A DNA stretch of 64,000 nucleotides from an uncultured Verrucomicrobiae bacterium (GTDB lineage: Bacteria; Verrucomicrobiota; Verrucomicrobiia; Chthoniobacterales; JAFAMB01). The notes below the pieces were generated by a model that had not been told where the DNA came from, ran no database searches, and saw only the letters and a list, made by a program, of their open reading frames with translations. Location: contig CAVXLD010000001.1 of assembly GCA_963762565.1 (NCBI GenBank), positions 1-64,000 of the forward strand. The letters run 5' to 3'. The position numbers were made by a program, and so were the translations under genes. This document shows, piece after piece, positions 63,788 to 64,000 of this stretch. Position 1 is the first letter of the stretch. Every line of letters starts with the position of its first letter.

Positions 63788-64000
63788 ATGAGTATCCAGC
63801 CTGATTTTGTTAACCTTTCCGACCCTGCTTCAGGAGCTCTCCAGCACGCTCATGCGGTCGCTGACGGCCTTCGTTTCCATTACCTGCATCAGGGCGCCGG
63901 GTTCCCAGTGATTCTGCTCTCAGGTTTCCCGGAGAGCAGTTACGCCTGGCGCAAAGTGATCCCCGGACTAGCCGGCGATCATCGCGTAATCGCCCCAGAT
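63788..64000 (+). CDS. Alpha/beta hydrolase (epoxide-hydrolase-like), truncated by window end
   Basis: GLRFHYLHQGAGFPVILLSGFPESSYAWRKVIPGLA...VIAPD. Confidence 0.88.
   Translation, partial: MSIQPDFVNLSDPASGALQHAHAVADGLRFHYLHQGAGFPVILLSGFPESSYAWRKVIPGLAGDHRVIAPD

Overview
Bacterial chromosomal window, roughly 55-60% GC by eye. Gene style and intergenic repeat repertoire suggest a soil Verrucomicrobia/PVC-type organism (inference). Most genes are accessory metabolic, transport and regulatory: an amidase, a cNMP-fused thioredoxin-reductase-like protein, SDR, MBL, cupin, Lrp, a sugar ABC operon with LacI, a reductive pyrimidine catabolism cluster, class I aldolase, two EmrAB-type efflux loci with TetR regulators, MFS transporters, LysR, two sigma54 activators and a CGNR regulator. 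About 40.6-47.9 kb is very low-quality consensus (long homopolymers, shattered genes), and isolated 1-bp frameshifts elsewhere look like long-read errors. Highlights: (1) two tandem receptor-like DUF4062-TM-coiled-coil-TPR paralogs differing by one 42-aa repeat, divergent from a YoeB toxin whose antitoxin has only the YefM C-terminal part on an unrecognised N-terminal domain; (2) a dense 'Russian-doll' set of palindromic repeats in which small hairpins insert at equivalent sites inside other repeats, with filled and empty sites both visible, and which rewrite gene C-termini; (3) a pyrimidine cluster with a plant-PYD1-type stand-alone PreA (no preT, no ferredoxin domain) and an AGT2/PYD4-like aminotransferase; (4) a possible sigma54 cascade with a sensor-less GSFTSA activator, flanked by two paralogous unknown 2-TM proteins. 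No rRNA, tRNA, CRISPR array or transposase gene was recognised.
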